A stretch of 64,000 nucleotides of DNA from Mayamaea pseudoterrestris (Eukaryota), in NCBI GenBank assembly GCA_027923505.1, contig BROI01000009.1, positions 310,001 through 374,000 on the forward strand. The letters are read 5' to 3'. Shown in pieces: positions 62,624 through 64,000 of the stretch. Both the position numbers and the translations under genes were made by a program. Each line of letters starts with the position of its first letter. Within the stretch, counting starts at the first letter, position 1. The notes below the pieces were generated by a model. That model worked only from the letters and a program-made list of their open reading frames with translations, was not told the origin of the DNA and did no database searches.

Positions 62624-62672
62624 GTCTTAAATATATATGCTTATTTGTTACTCTATCTTGTAGATGCAACGA

Positions 62673-64000
62673 TCAATGTTGTTCTAGCTTCGTTTTCCAA
62701 ACCGGTGGATAATACTTGACCATGGAAAAAACAGGCTTGATTGGCACTTTGAAATCAGAAAGCGGCTTCTCAGGCGTTGCTGGTCTCGTCATTGTCGGAG
62801 AGCTCGGTCCACTCAATTGCACCTCCACCCTTTGTCGCGGCATTCCGTCCCATGGGATGTCATAAATTATGTTATGATAGTCGAAGCTGTGCACCGGATC
62901 GCTCCAGCCAATCAGATTATCATCAATGCAATCGACATCGCACGCCAACAGTGGAAATGGCAACCCAAAGCTCCGAATCTGAGGAATGTATAGATTAATG
63001 CCATCGTTGCTTGAGAAATCAATGTGTTGATTTTGGTTGGCCGCCTCATAAACGCCTCGAACCCAGGAGAGACTGAAATTTACAATTCCGGTCCCGAAGA
63101 AAAAGACAATAAAGAGAGCCGCAACAATGCACGCCGTCCATCCGTAAAGAATCGTGAGAGCCTCCTGTGTACCTCGCATCCATGTCAACCCTTCCGGTTG
63201 TAGACGTGGGGTTGGCGGAAATGAAAATCCGTCATATGAGCGCCAAGACTGAGAGCAAAAGACTACTGCAGCCTCCTGGGTGACCGTAATGGACTGCAGA
63301 CTTGGCACATTTGGAGGTGCTAAAATATTGACATAAGTTGCTGGCGCAACATACGTAGAATTTACCGAATCGCATACATTGTCGTAGGGGAATTGTGCCC
63401 ATGCATACGCTGACACGAGGAAGTAGGCAACCACCGCCCCGGAAAAGAAATATCGACGGCTGAAGGAGGCAAGTTCAGAACCTAGCTCAGGATTCCATCC
63501 CCAAATTCTCATTAAACAATACTTATCAGCACAGTACTGTACAATTAAGATGGCGAAACCGAAAAAGAATGTCGTTGGAAACCTGCAGATCGACGAGCAA
63601 CGATCATTGTGATCAGAGATTGCGCATTGTCTTGGAATGCGCATCTTAGCCATTACTTACAAGCTGCTATAGAAAAAACATACAAACAAAATCTTTGTCA
63701 TATCCGTGTAACGCTCTCCAAGATTGTAGTATGTGCCTTGAAAGAATGAGTTCATCGTCTCTTGAGTGCGACATCGCGGAGCAAAAAAATGCTTTTGAAT
63801 GTTACCCCAAAGATCAAGCAGTCGAAGAGCAGGGACGAGCCACAGCTCGCTCCAAAGAATGGAGTTTATCTGCGGTAACACATCTGGAGTCCGATACGCG
63901 GTTAAGACAAAACATTGTCGCGGCATGTACAAGAGGAAGAACAGCTTTACATCAATTCTACTTACCTAATCGACCCGGCGCAACCGTACTTGTAAATGGA
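62673..64000 (-). CDS. 3' part of a multipass membrane protein of the OSCA/TMEM63-TMC-anoctamin-like superfamily; introns 63884-63965 and 63583-63660; 5' end outside the window
   Basis: Spliced TQETMNSFFQGTYYNLGERYTDMTKILFVCFFYSSL|FPTTFFFGFAILIVQYCADKYCLMRIW, followed by further TM helices. Confidence 0.65.

Noticed and set aside
1..64000. tRNA/rRNA genes, prokaryotic operons or defence systems, intact transposons, non-canonical introns
   Set aside because: None recognised by eye, and all reconstructed introns are GT-AG. A tRNAscan/Infernal/RepeatModeler run would be needed to exclude small elements.

Overview
Gene-dense eukaryotic nuclear DNA, most likely from a diatom. The evidence is short GT-AG introns (~70-150 nt), intergenic gaps down to 24 bp, bipartite signal+transit peptides with ASAFAP-like cleavage sites, and diatom-expanded families (DUF6824, 'SFPNSGT' sulfotransferase-like, HRDMSLEN kinase). 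About 31 protein-coding genes can be supported; I reconstructed introns by hand where the ORF track splits them. Most are housekeeping: ADSL, PurK-PurE/ADE2, RBMX2, NCA2-like, ABCI/CAF16, MOG1, SWI3, eIF2B-beta, SLC37, ALG7, DUS3, RPB3, SDH4 and RSM22. I recognised no rRNA, tRNA, CRISPR array or intact transposon. The most notable observations are: (1) a PPR-array + TrmB-type m7G methyltransferase fusion with a non-canonical HPEP motif; (2) an intron-retaining, multiply frameshifted pseudogene joining a Bfr1/PPI1-like coiled coil to vigilin-like KH repeats; (3) a 50-bp tandem repeat upstream of ADSL whose inverted-repeat arms are conserved while the loops vary; (4) a single-exon 2335-aa orphan ORF with a hidden 3x19-aa helical repeat; (5) a sulfotransferase / GT60 / TauE neighbourhood. 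All family calls come from motif recognition by eye, not from database searches.
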